Source of the DNA: Lama guanicoe
Lineage: Eukaryota
Length of the DNA stretch: 64,000 bases
Direction of reading: 5' to 3'
Assembly: GCA_013239625.1 (NCBI GenBank)
Contig: MU054033.1
Coordinates: forward strand, 434,001 to 498,000
A program made the position numbers and the translations under genes. The number at the start of each line of letters is the position of its first letter. Within the stretch, counting starts at the first letter, position 1. The notes under the pieces are model-generated. The model searched no databases. It saw only the letters and a program-made list of their open reading frames with translations, and was not told the origin of the DNA. Positions 35,561-48,365 of the stretch are shown here, piece after piece.

Positions 35561-36537
35561 TGGCTTCAACTGCGCCCCCACAGCCTTGTCACCCTGAGTC
35601 CTGGGGACAGAAACACAGCCGCTGTCTGGGAGTCACCGGGCTGTTATCCTGACCATTAAAGAAGGAAGAGATGGGGAAAAGGAGGGCAGCTGAGAAGCCA
35701 CACACAGGGCTGAGCGCGCTGTCCTCAGACCGCACTCAAGAGGGTTGATTTGCTTCTTTGGCCAATAAACTGGCTCTGAAGTCGGCGTCGATGAAGTTCC
35801 AAAACGGCCTTGAGTAATGGCATCCACGACAGTCATGAACGCACAGGCTTCCGGTTTTAATGCAGAGCCCCATTTGGATGTACTGATTAAAAAAACCAAA
35901 AAACTCTCTTTGCTTTATACCAGATTGCATACTTGATTTTTAAAAAATCATGCATGGAGGAAAACATCCCTTCCTGCAATGGCTGTATTTCACTGTTAAG
36001 AGGGAACGTGTTGGACTTGCGGGTTGATGGTACATGTCCAGGACCAGTCTCAGCACTGCATGCCTTCGAATGGGGCCACCTGTGAAGCCAGACCTTGCAA
36101 GAGCACAGCCTGTTCACCTGGCCCAGGAGTCCTCACATGGCCCCAAGTCTCCCTGAACATCTCCTCACATCTGCCTGTGAAAATGCACCCCGAGCAGTGA
36201 TGGCGTTCCTTTAGTGTGTGGTCTTCTGTATTCTATTTGCATAAAATAAAGCCAGAGTTATCAAAAAGGGATATGCACTGAACAGCACTCAGTAAAGCTC
36301 TTGATATTGTTAGCTCTGTGACCTTGTGTATTGTGTTGCATTGAGTATTCAATTCAAAGTCTGGAAAGCTTTATATCCAACAGTCATGCCACTCAGAGTT
36401 AAATAAATGTGATAACTTTGGTCACTTCTAATAAGTAAAGCATTGGATCTTAAACTTGAAACTACACAAAATGTTTCTGTTAGAAAAACTAAACTGGTAT
36501 ACATTTTCTTAAGAAGAGGTCAGAGGTTTATTCTTAA

Positions 36538-36618
36538 ATTTTTTAAAAATTCAAAGTATAGTTGATTTACAGTGTTGTGCTAGTTTCCAGTGTGTAGGAT
36601 ATCGATTCAGTTATACAT
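36538..36618 (-). mobile_element. L1 extreme 3' end
   Basis: aagtatagttgatttacagtgttgtgctagtttc..gattcagttatacat. Confidence 0.85.
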
Positions 36619-36624
36619 CAGGAC

Positions 36625-37150
36625 ATTTTTTTTTTCACAGAACTAGAACAAATAATCCTAAAACTTCTGTGGAATCACAAAAGACCCAGAATTGCCAAAC
36701 CAATACTGAAGAAAAAGGGTGAAGCTGGGTGAATAACCCTCCCAGACTTCAGACAATACTACAGAGCTACAGTCATCAAAACAGTGTGGTACTGGCACAA
36801 AAACAGACACATGGATCAATGGAGCAGAAGGGAGAGCCCAGAAATGAACCCACACACCTGCAGTCAATATCTTCAACAGAAGAGGCAAGAGATACAACGG
36901 AAAAAAGTCTCTTCAACAAGTGGTGTTGGGAAAGCTGGACAGACGGATGTAAATCAATGAAGTCAGAAAGCACTTCCTCACACCATACACAAAAACAGAC
37001 TCAAAACGGCTTTAAGACTTAAACATGAGACAGGACACCATAAACCTCCTAGAAGGAAACAGGGGCAAAGCATTCTGTGACATAAATCGTAGCAATGTTC
37101 TCCTACGTCAGTCCACCCGGGCAACAGAAACAAAAGCAAAAATAAACAAA
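36625..37150 (+). mobile_element. L1 ORF2 fragment
   Basis: ttttcacagaactagaacaaataatcctaaaa..agacccagaattgccaaa; [11 protein letters not shown] in ORF 36729-37022. Confidence 0.92.
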
Positions 37151-38816
37151 AGCTATGTATTGTTTCGACGTGAAGCAACTTTTCTGGCTGTGAAACCACA
37201 CAAGAGGATTGTTTATAAATCAGTGTTGTGTCCTGGAAAAAGCCTTTTCTCACTACGAGACAAAGTAAACGTGAGTTTTCCCACAAGCCAGCACTGAAGC
37301 CATCTGTCAGACACGACGTCTCCTTTCCCAGGCTGACTGTACATACAGACAAGGTAGTTAGTTGTCTCTGGGAAATAATTTTAGTGGCTCCAATCAAAAG
37401 TCTACTTCTGCCACTAGGTCTGAGATCTACAAAAGCTAGAAATTCATTTCATGGACTTGGGCCAAGTGGGAGCGAGGCCACCGCTTAAAGTGGAAAGATG
37501 TGGAAAGAAAGACTCCGATGAGGCCACCATTGCAACAGGCAGGAAGTGACATCAATTTAGAAGAAATGTCTTTGAGCCGACCCTGCTCAGCAGTGTCCCC
37601 CGGGACCGGCTGTGCCCTCATGAGGACACTTGGGGGGCTGTGGCACTGGTTATCGAGTTCAGCACAAGGGAAGAGGTTGTGGTGACCGCTGACGTTCTCC
37701 ACACGTGACCGCATCTCCACTGGCCGCTCCGAACCCCTGTGAAGCAACTGTCCTTAATAGCCATCCTCGTGCACTGAAGTCCCCACAGCAAACCAGCCTC
37801 AGCCCTTTACTTCATGTAACCTTCCAAGACAAGGACTCTGAGGTGTTGGACGGCGGTCATCTGGCCTGGATGGACTTGACCGTCATGGGAGGATCTGCAC
37901 TGACCAGATCCCACTCTCCAGGTTGTGTGAGAAGCCCTTGCCTGGACACGTGGCACCTGGACGGCCAAGTTGGGTTGCCGAGTCTTGTCCGGACCCTGGC
38001 ACCGCTCTTACTTCTCCTAAAGGAAGACGATGCTTCAGCCAGATGCACGGCGTGGCTTCATCGCAGGAAAGCACAGTAGAGGACCACTTACCCACACACA
38101 ACAGAAATGGCTAGAAGGGTAACAGGATTATTTCAATGAGGTCTGAGGAGTTTTCTCTAGAGTGAAGCCAGGGGACTTGTGCATCCAAGCTCCTCACTAC
38201 TGTGAAAATATATGTTGAGTAGATATATAGTGAAGACTTGCCCTCAAGTCACTGGTTTTCACTGTCAAGGTCCGTCAGGCAGAAGGGACTCTGACAATAC
38301 CCTTTGCATCTAATTATGAGACAACGCTTGATGTGTGACTCTGTGGGTGGCAAGAATGTTGAGATGTTCAGCGTCCCCTAAATGCAAATGCCCAGGGGAG
38401 AGGAAATGCGATGGGCGGCCAGAGCCATGAAGCATGGGTGCTAAGCAGTTGGCTTGTCCACAGCGTCATAGTCTCAAGTTGCTTTTCTCTCTTCTTTAAA
38501 CAAAGGAGGTCATCTGATGCTGGCACACCACACAGAAGGCGGCCGCTCACACCCCCGTGGTTGGAGGGTGAGCTGGCGTGGCTCTCCTGCGGCCAGTTTG
38601 GCAGTGTGCCTTAGAAGCCACAAAATACTGATCGTTTTCACAGCGGTTCACACCCAAGAACTTGAGATGTGCAGAGTGAGCTACGTTCACTGCCACATGG
38701 TTTAGAAAACAGAAACGTTTGGAGCAATGCAAATGCGCAGGAACACAGGTGTGACGAAATGGATTCTGTACCTCCATCTGATGGCATACTCTGCAGCCCT
38801 AAAACATCACGTTCTA

Positions 38817-39000
38817 TTTTATTTTTTATTTTAATTTTTTTGGTGGGGTAGGAAATTAGGGTGGATTATTTATTTATTTGCTTGTTTGCTTGTTTGTTTC
38901 CTTGTTTGTTTGTTTGTTGTTTTAATGGAGGTACTGGGGATTGAACCCAGGACCTCATGCATGCTAAGTACTCATTCTACCACAGAGCTATAGCCTAACA
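38817..39000 (-). mobile_element. tRNA-derived camelid-type SINE
   Basis: Antisense tRNA head at 38930-38992; TSD aaaacatcacgttcta (38801-38816)/aaaacatcacattcta (39005-39020). Confidence 0.9.
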
Positions 39001-39168
39001 CCTAAAAACATCACATTCTAGAAGAATATTTGATGAGAGCAAAAAAAAAAAAATCACAATGTATAGGTAAGAAAAAGCTTACAAAATAGTACCATTCTCA
39101 TTCCATTTTTAAGTTACTTGAAATGCCAAATCACAGTTTAAAAGATGCAATATTTAAAAATATCTAGA

Positions 39169-39700
39169 CGTGGTCAGGGGAATTCTAAACGAGCCCCCCA
39201 GGCTTCCACCCCCTAATGCCCAGAACCTGTGACCTGGGTGATGCACCCCCTGCCCTTAATGACGGTGGTGTGCTCCACGGCGCGGCTGACCTTAATGTGG
39301 AAACACTATCCCCACGGGCCCAATCCTGCCCCTTGAGACCCTTTAAAAGCAGCGTCTTGCAGACTGACCGAGGAGAGGAAGTCGGATGTGAAGTGAAGGC
39401 GTGACTGTGACGCTGCTGGTGTGGGGATGGAGGAAGCCAGGTGAGAAGGCAGGCAGGTGACCTGAGAGAAGCCGGAGCTGACAGCCAACAAGGAAGTGGG
39501 GCCCTCAGTCCCACAGGTGCAGGCAACTGGATTTGGCCAAGATCCTGCGTGTGTTTGCAAGTAGATTCTCGCCCGCGGCCTCCAGAGAAGATGCCTGCCT
39601 GCTGACATCAGGCTGTGAGCCCCGAGCAGGGACCCCATCGGGCCCAGCCAGACATGGGACCTACAGAGCCGTGAGCTAGTAAACACAGCAACAGAATACA
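39169..39700 (+). mobile_element. MaLR MLT1 (E/F-like) LTR
   Basis: ggaattctaa..cccagaacctgtga..acagccaacaaggaagtggggccctcagtcc. Confidence 0.8.
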
Positions 39701-39794
39701 CGTGCCCGAAGTGCACCCCAAAAAGACTGAAAGGAGAGAAACCATGGTACAATGAATATGGGTTCCCTTTGAATTAAAGAAAAATATATCTTAT

Positions 39795-40022
39795 GGAAGG
39801 GATAAACTGGGAGCTCGAGATTTGCAGATACTGACTGTATATATAAACTAGATAAACAAGTTTATACGTGCATAGCACAGGGAAATATATTCAATATTTT
39901 GTAGTAGCTTATGGTGGAAAAGAATATGAAAATGAATATATGTATATCCATGTATGACATGATGCTATACACCAGACCTGACACAGCATTGTAAACTGAC
40001 TGTACTTTAATTAAAAAAAAAA
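39795..40022 (+). mobile_element. 5'-truncated L1 3' UTR
   Basis: gaagggataaactgggag..gcacagggaaatatattcaata..tgtaaactgactgtactttaatt plus A tail. Confidence 0.92.
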
Positions 40023-40137
40023 TCTAATCCTAAAAAAAAAAACCAACAAACCAAAACCAAAGTGTAATCACGTATTTCCAAAAGAGAAAGATACTTTTAT
40101 GTGTGTGGTATTCATTCAGAATGGGTTAAAAGGAGCA

Positions 40138-40281
40138 GGGGAGGGAGGGCCTAGCTCAGGGGTAGAACACATGCCTGGCATGCACGAGGTCCTGGGTTCA
40201 ATCCCCAGTACACCCATTAAATTAAAAAAACAAAACAAAACCTGATTACCTCCCGTCCAGAAAACAAACAAGCAAAAAAAC
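40138..40281 (+). mobile_element. tRNA-derived camelid-type SINE
   Basis: A box tagctcaggggtag, B box ggttcaatccc; 19-bp TSD cagaatg(g/a)gttaaaaggag at 40117-40135 and 40282-40300. Confidence 0.93.
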
Positions 40282-40924
40282 CAGAATGAGTTAAAAGGAG
40301 AAAACACACTTCTCTAATTTACTAATTACACCCAGGCGTTCTAATACAAAAGGTTATTGTAACTCAGGAAGAGTTTGTGCTCAACGCTACCCGTGGTCTT
40401 GCCATTGCTCTTTGCAGGGACACAAGAATTACCTGTGCAACTGTAATGAAAAAATCCTTACTGGTTGACAAAATAACCTGATTAATGGTTGGCTATTTTA
40501 TTTTCAAACATAGCACAGGCCTATGTTCTAGGGTTACCTGCTAAAGGCAACCATAAAACGGGTCCTTTAAGTGCACAAGGGCTTACAGAAGAGATTCTTA
40601 AAGAGCCATCCCCTCCCTTGCTGTCTTAATGGCTCATCCAGCCCAGTTCCCGCAAGGATTTGCCATCATCCACTCATGAATCTATGAGCAGTGACCATTC
40701 CTTGCATAAACTTATTTTATTTCAAAATTTTAAGAATTTCTCTGTTAGCGATCTTGACTGTGGTCGTGGTTTCATAGGCATAGATGTCTATCAAAATTCA
40801 TCAAATTGTACATCTCAGATATGTGTTATTTACTGTGCAGAATTATATTACAATAAAGGTGTTTAAAAAAAGAATTTTCCATCTATACTCATAAGTAAGA
40901 AACATTGACCTAAAAAAAACACTT

Positions 40925-41172
40925 TTTAAACAAATTTTATTTTATTGAATTACAGTCAGTTTACAATGTTGTGTCAATTCCCAGGGTAGAGCACAATTTC
41001 TCAGTTATACACAAACATACATATATTCATTGCCACATTCTTTTTCACCATGAGCTACCACCAGATCTTGTATATATTTCCCTGTGCTACACAGTATCAT
41101 CTTGTTTATCTAGTCCATACATACGTGTCAGTATCTACAAATTTCGAACTTCCAGTCTGTCCCTTCCCACCC
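40925..41172 (-). mobile_element. Young 5'-truncated L1 3' UTR
   Basis: Antisense of the same 3' UTR as 32963-33200. Confidence 0.93.
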
Positions 41173-41254
41173 TAAATTAACATTTCTGATGTACTTTTTC
41201 TGTTTAACAGATTTATGATGTTGGCATAAAATCGGATGATTAATTTTTTATCTT

Positions 41255-41648
41255 TGTTCTGGATTGGATTGTTACCCCCATCCCAATTTGTATGTTGAAT
41301 CTCTAACAACCAAGTGATTACGTTTGTAGATAGAGACTTTAAGAATGTAATTAGGGTTAAATGAGGCCATAAGGGTGGGGTTCCTAATGTTACAGGACTA
41401 GTGTCCTTATAAGAAAAGGAAGAGACACGTGAGCTCTCTCTGCTTCTGCATTCATGCACGGAGAAAAGTCCATGTGAGAACACAGAAGGAAAGTGGCCAT
41501 CTGCAAGCCTGGAAGAAAGGTCTCAGCAGAAACTGGATTTTTCGGACCTTGATTTTGGACGTCTGACCTCCAGAATTGTGAGTATTAAGTATCTGTTTCT
41601 TAATTCAGTCAGCCTATAGTATTTTATTATGGCAGCTCTGGCAAATAC
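41255..41648 (+). mobile_element. MaLR MLT1A-like LTR
   Basis: ggttaaatgaggccataagggtgggg..gtgtccttataagaa..cctccagaattgtgag. Confidence 0.88.
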
Positions 41649-42040
41649 TTTTTTTTTTAGAATACAGAGTAACATTTTCCTCTTCCTAGAAGCTTTGGTA
41701 GAACTCATTTATAAAAGCATTTGAGTAATAACTATTTTGGAAAATATTCAACTACTATTTCAAGTCCTTTCTTGCTTCACAATGTGTTTAGTTAGACCAT
41801 GTCTTTTTGAGCCATGTTTAGCAAATTAGAGCATTTTAGAAAATTGTTGATTTTACTTAAGTTTTTCAGTGCATTGGTATAAAGCTGTATGTGTTGTTAT
41901 CCTATAATTTTAAATCTCTTGTTTCTGGAATGATGACCCCTTTCCTACCCTATTGTTCATTTGTTGTACCTTCTTTTCCCTTTTCCTTGATCAGACTTAA
42001 CCAGGACATTTCTGTTTTGTTACTACTTTCAAAGAATTAC

Positions 42041-42341
42041 TGTCCTGGGTTGAAAGGTGACCCCAAAAAGGTATGTCTCTATCCTAATCCCCAGGACCTA
42101 AATATTACTTTACTTGGGGGCGGGGTGGGGGGAGTGCTTGCAGATGTAAGCACGTTGACATGAGACGATCATCCTGAATTTATCCGACAGGAACCTAAAC
42201 CCAGTGCAAAGTGTCTTTATAAAGAGAAAGGCAGAGGAAGATTTGAGACAAAAGAGAAGAAGCCTCTGACAGAGAGAAGAGAGAGGTGTGAAGCCACCAC
42301 CTTAATGGCAATTTGTTACGGGACCTTAGGACACAAACCCA
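42041..42341 (+). mobile_element. MaLR MLT1B/C-like LTR, internally deleted
   Basis: tgtcctgggttgaaaggtgacccccaaaa..ttgcagatgtaa..ggcaatttgttac. Confidence 0.75.
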
Positions 42342-44180
42342 ATTATCCTTTGATTTTTAATTATCAACTCAATTTTTCTTCCAGTTTTATTACTGTCAGC
42401 TTTTTGTTTTACTGCTTTTGGATTTTTACCAGTATTTTATTTTCAGTTACAAAAGCTTAAAATGTCAAACCTAACCTCATTTTCCTAAGGGTATGTATTT
42501 GCTTTCCTGTGTATCAGTTGGAAACTCAAACTGTGGAACTGACCAAAATAATCAAATTCTTTATTGCTCTAAACACAACGTAGCTTAACAAGTTCTTCTC
42601 CATAATCATCGCTGACTGAGGAAATCTTCCACAAATCAATGACCAGGAATGAGTTTTCACCTGAGATACATGAGAAACTACAAACATAGCATAGATCACA
42701 TACTTGGACGGCACGGAATGTAGACGTTTGCAGGCACGAAAATGATGAAAGGAGTTTACTCATTGCTCTTAAAGTTACGCAGAAGGAATTGGATTGCAAT
42801 GTAACGTTTCATTTCTATTTTAAATCTCTCTGTATTGCCCATCTGCTTAGGATGGATGAGGTATTTGTGCAGCTTTCAGGATATAAGAAAAATAGTACTT
42901 TTGGATTTATGACGCTTTTCAGAGGGTGCCCAGTGCACTCACACCATATGCCGTGTGTAATGAGCCAGATGCTCATTTTTTTACTTCCCTATTTAATAAC
43001 TACAGAGTCGAGCACTGTTCACTGGGCTCTGGCACGTGCACTGCTCAGAGACACTGAGTAATTCGTGCAGGGAAAATCCTTGAAGAATCGGAAATAGGAT
43101 GTGGTGGATAGGTGCTTCCACCTTCAGTCCAAGGACAATTCTGGTTTCCCAAGATATCCATTAATAGTCAAGCCCCCATTGCCCATGGCAACAACCCCAA
43201 AAATCACCTTATACTGACTCTGCCTTCTTCCCTGTCTCTCTCACCCCTGTCCCTCATTCCCGTTCCTGGGATTACTTCTCAAACTACCTGCAAATAAGTC
43301 TGTGCCTCAGACTCCACTCAGATTCCTTCTGGCTCACACAATGTTCTTCTAAAATGTTTTGTGAATGAAGGAGCATATAAAATCTCACTCTATCTTCTCC
43401 CCGACCCTTACCAAGATCTTCCAGTTCACACAAAAACTTATATAATAAGATGTTCATATCAGCTTATTTGTAATAACCAAAACCACAAAAAAACTCACAT
43501 ACACACCAACAGGTGAATGGAGTAACACACTGTGATACATCCATGTGGTACAACTCCGCTCAACAATAAAAAGGAATGAAGCGTTGATACACACAACAAC
43601 ATGGAAGATCTCGAAATAATGATACTGATGAAAGAAGCCAGGAAGAAAGTTATGTGATTTCCTTTATATACATTTTAGGAAACATGAAGGAGCTGCAGTG
43701 ACAGATTTTTTTTTGCCTAAAAAAATCTTAAAAAAAAAAAGCAAAACCAATAAATTTGTTTTCTTAAAGGCAAAAAAAAAAAAAATGCTGCATAACATAA
43801 AGCAATAAAGCAGCCCCAGGTAGACGACAGGTTCAGAATAAATCTCGAAAAAGATTTAAAAAAAAAAAAAAAGATGAGATTTAACAAAAGGATGTAGGAA
43901 CAAATTTGAAGAACCTAATGGCCCAAGCTAGAGCAATTTAAGCTGCAAAATAAATGATAGTATTAAACAGAATAAAATAAATATCCATAAGTCCATACAG
44001 ATTTAATAAATAAAATCAAGAGAAGAAACAGCACTTCCTTACAGAAACTTGTATGCTACGTTCACCATTTTATCCCCTCGCAATTGACATGATATGTCAT
44101 GCATCAAAGACATTTAATCAATGTTGTGTTGAATGACTAAATGGAAAAGAATGAGTTCCACTTACTAAGAATTATGATGT

Positions 44181-46998
44181 GTTTTTTTATCGAATTATAA
44201 TTAACAATACTGTATTCATTTCAGATGGACACGATACAACATTTTTATATGTTATGAAATGACGATTGCAGTAAGACCAGTTCCATCTGCCACTGTATAA
44301 AGTGTTACAGTGTTACTGATGGTATTCCCTAAGTGTACCTGACATCCATGTGACATTTATTTCAGCTGGAAGTTTGTACCTCTTAATCCCCTTCACCTAT
44401 TTCATTTGTCCCTCTGCTCCTCTCCCCTCTGGCAACCACCATTTTGTTCTCTGTGTCTATGAATCTTTTTCTGTTCTGTTTTGTTTTCTTTCCTCATTAG
44501 TTTTGGTTTTTAGATTATATGTATAAGAGAAATCATATGGTATTTTTCTCCATCTGACTTATTTCACTTAGCATGATACTCTCCAGGTCCATCCATGTTG
44601 CCACAGTGACAAGATTTCATTCTTTTCTATGGCTGAATAATATTCTAGTGTGTGTGTGTGTGTATATCACATCCTCTTTATTCATTCATCTATTGGTGAG
44701 CACTTAGGTTGCTTCCATATCCTGGCTAGTGTAAATAATGCTGCTATGAACATTGAGGTGCATGTATCTTTCTGAATTAGTTTTCAATTTTCTTCAGATA
44801 TACATGCAGGAGTGGAATTACTGGATCATAAGATAGTTCCACTTGTAGATGTTTTGGAAATCTCCAAACCGTTTTCCATAGTGGCTGCACCAATTACATT
44901 CCCAGTAACAGTACATAAGGATTCTCTTCTCTTCACATCCTCACCAACAATTGTTATTTTTTGTCTTCTTGATAATAGCCATTCTGTGAGGTGATACCTC
45001 ATGGTGATTTTGATTTGTATTTTCTTGATGGTTAATGATTTCAAATATCTGTTCATCTATATGTCTCCTTTGGAAAAATATCTGTTCAGGTCCTCTGCTC
45101 ATTTTTTAATCAGGTTGTTTCTTTGATGTTGAGTTGTATGAGTTCTTTACATATTTTGGATATCAACCCCTTCCCAGGTATATTATTTGCAACTCTCTTT
45201 TCCCATTCAGTGGTTGTGCATTAGTTTTGTTTGTGGTTTCCTTTGCCGTGCAAAAGCTTTTTAGTTTGATGTAGTCCCTTTTGTTTATTTTTTAATTTTG
45301 TTTCTCTCATTTGAGGAGACATATCCAAAAACGTATTGCTAAGATTGATGTCAAAGAGGTTACTGCCTGGATTTTCTTCTAGAGGTTTTATGGTCTTAGG
45401 TCTTATATTTGCATCTTTAATCCAATTTGAGTTGATTTTTGTATATGGTGTAAGAAAGTGGTCCAGTTTTATTCTTTTGCATGTAGCTGTCCAGTTTTCC
45501 CAACACCATTTATTGAAGAGACTGCCTTTTCTCTATTGTATGCTCTGGCCTCCTTTGTCATAGATTAATTGAACATATGAGAGTGGCTTCATTTCTGGCC
45601 TCTCTATTCCACTCCATTGATCTATGTGTCTGTTTTTGAGCCTGTCCCATACTGTTTTGTTTACTATAGCTTTCTACACAGTTTTGAGTCCGAGAGCATG
45701 ATACCTCCAGCTTTGTTCTTCTTCCTCAAGATTGCGTTGGCACTTGGAGGTCTTTTGTGGTTCCATATTAATTTTAGAATTGTACTATTTCTGTGAAAAA
45801 TGTCACTGGTATTTTGATAGGGATTGCACTGACTCTACAGATGACTTTGGATAATACAGACACTTCAAAATATTAGTTTTTTGAATCCATGATGCAGTTC
45901 ATCTTCCTGTTCATTTGTGTTGTCTTTGATTTCCTTCTTCAGAGTCTTACAGTTTTCAGAGTACAGGTCTTTCATCCCCTTAGTTAAGTTCATTCCTAGA
46001 TATTTTAGTATTTTTCACGTGATTATAAATGGGATTGTTTCCTTAATGTCTCTTTCTGACAGTTCATTGTCTGTGTCTATAAATACAACAGGTTTATGTG
46101 TATTAATTTTGTATCCTATGACTTTCCTGAATTAACTTATTAGTCCTTCTCCTGAATTTAGTGCATACTTATGACCATTTCTTTAAATTCTTCATGAGGT
46201 AAATTACTTCTATTCATTTCATTAGGATTTTCTGGGGTTTTATTTTGTTCTTTTATATAGAATATATTCCCCTGTCTCCTCATTTTGCTTGACTTTCAGT
46301 TTCGGTTTCTGTAAATTAGGTGAAACTGTACATCTCTTGATCTGGAAGGACTGGACTTGAGGGCAGCACCCCTGTGTGGACTACTCGCCCCTGGCAGCTC
46401 TGGCAGGCTGGCAGAGCTGGAGTGGGCACGGACCAAGGGCTGACCCTAGGGAGCACCGTGCCCCAAGGCCACCTTGGCAGGGTGGCTGGAGCCCGACTGT
46501 GTCCTGGCCAGGGGCAGTCCCTGAAGAGTGCCACGCTGAGGCTGCCTTGGAAGGGCAGCTGGAGTGCGGATGGGCTGAGTCTAGGGGGAGTCCTGAGGGA
46601 ACTCAAACAATGGCACTTATCAGTGCCTCCAACCCTAGAGAAAGCTCCAGCAATTGTCTGCCTGTTCAACAGAAGCTCCAGGGTTAGTGAATGGGTTTCC
46701 TTCCTGTGGAGTGTAGGTGGCCTATAAAGTGCTGTGTTTTGCTGTGTCCCAGAGTAGGCAAGGGAGTGCCAGGGCTTCTCAGCCGTGTCCCTCTTGCCCA
46801 CAGGTGATGTTCCTATGGGTGCCATGTCTCCGTTCTTCCCCCTTTCCAGGTGGACCTTCTACGTGCAGTAGCTGGTCAACCAGCCCTCAGGTCTTCTTCA
46901 GCAGGAGCTGATCTCTGTACGTAGGTGTGGATTCGTCGTGTCTGTTGGGGAGGTAAGCTCATCACCTTCCTACTTGTCTGTCATTTGGGGTTCCTCTT
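44181..46998 (-). mobile_element. L1 with both ends present but a large internal deletion (5' UTR/ORF1 start joined to ORF2 3' part near 46145)
   Basis: 3' UTR/ORF2 at 44185-46145; ORF1 start and 5' UTR at 46146-46998; TSD gaattatgatgt (44169-44180)/gaattgtggtgt (46999-47010). Confidence 0.85.
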
Positions 46999-47028
46999 GA
47001 ATTGTGGTGTTTCTTATGGACATTTTTA

Positions 47029-47087
47029 TTTATTTAGTTAGTTTCCTGTTTAATCTTTTTCTTTAACTTTTTTTTATTGAGTTATGG
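47029..47087 (-). mobile_element. Ultra-short young L1 terminal insertion
   Basis: 18-bp TSD ttcttatggac(a/g)ttttta at 47011-47028 and 47088-47105; sense insert is ataactcaataaaaaaaagttaaag plus tail. Confidence 0.85.
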
Positions 47088-47934
47088 TTCTTATGGACGT
47101 TTTTAGAAGGTAAAATTTGATTATTGTTTTGGAAGTACTTGAATTATGGCCCAATTTCTAAGAACATGTATGGATATTCTATATAATCAAGACTCCGTGG
47201 TTCTATCATCATATTTCTTCAGAGACAAAGACCCCAGTTTTGGTAAACAAACAAACAAACAAAGCAGATGCTGTTAGGATAAAAAGTCTTCCTAAGAGAT
47301 GTTTTCCGTGGGATAGAAATACGTTTTCTGTTCCAACTGCTTTGTTCGTACTTAGGAACCCTAAGTTATGAGTTACATTTAATTGTATTCCTCAAGGCTC
47401 ATTCACTTGAAATCTCTTTTCCACATCGACCGCGAATGTTTAATTCCACAGAATAAGCAGAACAAGAGATGAGATACTATAAGCTATAAAGATAAATCTC
47501 AAGTCAATACAGACGGTTCTCATTTTGTGACTACTTATCGTGGTTTAATTCTGTCGGTTCTCTTAATTAGATATCTGCCAACACAAAATGCACTCTATTC
47601 CTGTTTTAATTTCAGAAGAAAATTTAGACTAATGTACGTAATAAATAATTGCTTTAGTATATTGTTAGAAATGTCCCTGCTTTAAAATACAGTTTCAAAT
47701 GGTCAAAAAGGTTTATTTTTACACCTGCTTGAGGAAAATGCCAAGCTGCTAGGGTTTAAGAACAATTTTCGAAGTATCTACCCAAAAATCAAGTTCGTAT
47801 CTCTCCAAAATAAACTTGAAGTTTTCGAGATTATTTTTTGAGATTATTTTTGTTGATAATTCATTACATATAAAAATGGGGCGTTATGCTGTAAAACCTG
47901 ATTACTGTTTATATTCTGATTTTGTTTATGGTGC

Positions 47935-48315
47935 TGTTATGGGCAGAACTGCATTACTCTCCAAATTTGAACATAGGAGTCCTAACCCCCAGCACCTCAG
48001 AATGCGATCGTATTTGGAGACCGGGTCTTTACAGAGGTAAGTAAATTGTATGCGGTTATTAGGGTGGGCTCTGACCTAGTATGACTGGACGCACACATGT
48101 ATGGAGGCAAGACAAGGCGATAACGCAGGGAGGAGACGGTGGCCAAGGAGAGAGGCTTGGAACAAACCCTCCTCCACAGCCGTCAGAAGGAACTAACCTG
48201 CCAACTCTTTGATCACAGATGTCTAGCTTCATAGAGCTGTGAGGAAATAAATTTCTCTTGTATGAGCCACTCAATCTCTAATGCTTTATTAAGGCCGCCC
48301 AGGCAAACTAACACA
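47935..48315 (+). mobile_element. MaLR MLT1A/B-like solo LTR
   Basis: TG...CA ends; 5-bp TSD ggtgc/ggtgt; gtcctaacccccagcacctcagaatg motif. Confidence 0.88.
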
Positions 48316-48365
48316 GGTGTTAATCTCAGTCCTTGTTATCATAGCCAGTAAGTATCTTTCAAGCT

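Noticed and set aside
35097..35652. Several overlapping 66-134 aa ORFs
   Set aside because: Explained by stop-codon depletion in GC-rich sequence; Arg/Pro/Ala-rich with no recognisable product
40138..40212. tRNA-like sequence with A and B boxes (also near 9780-9850 and 38930-38995)
   Set aside because: Followed by AT-rich tails and, in two copies, flanked by clear TSDs; these are SINE heads, not tRNA genes
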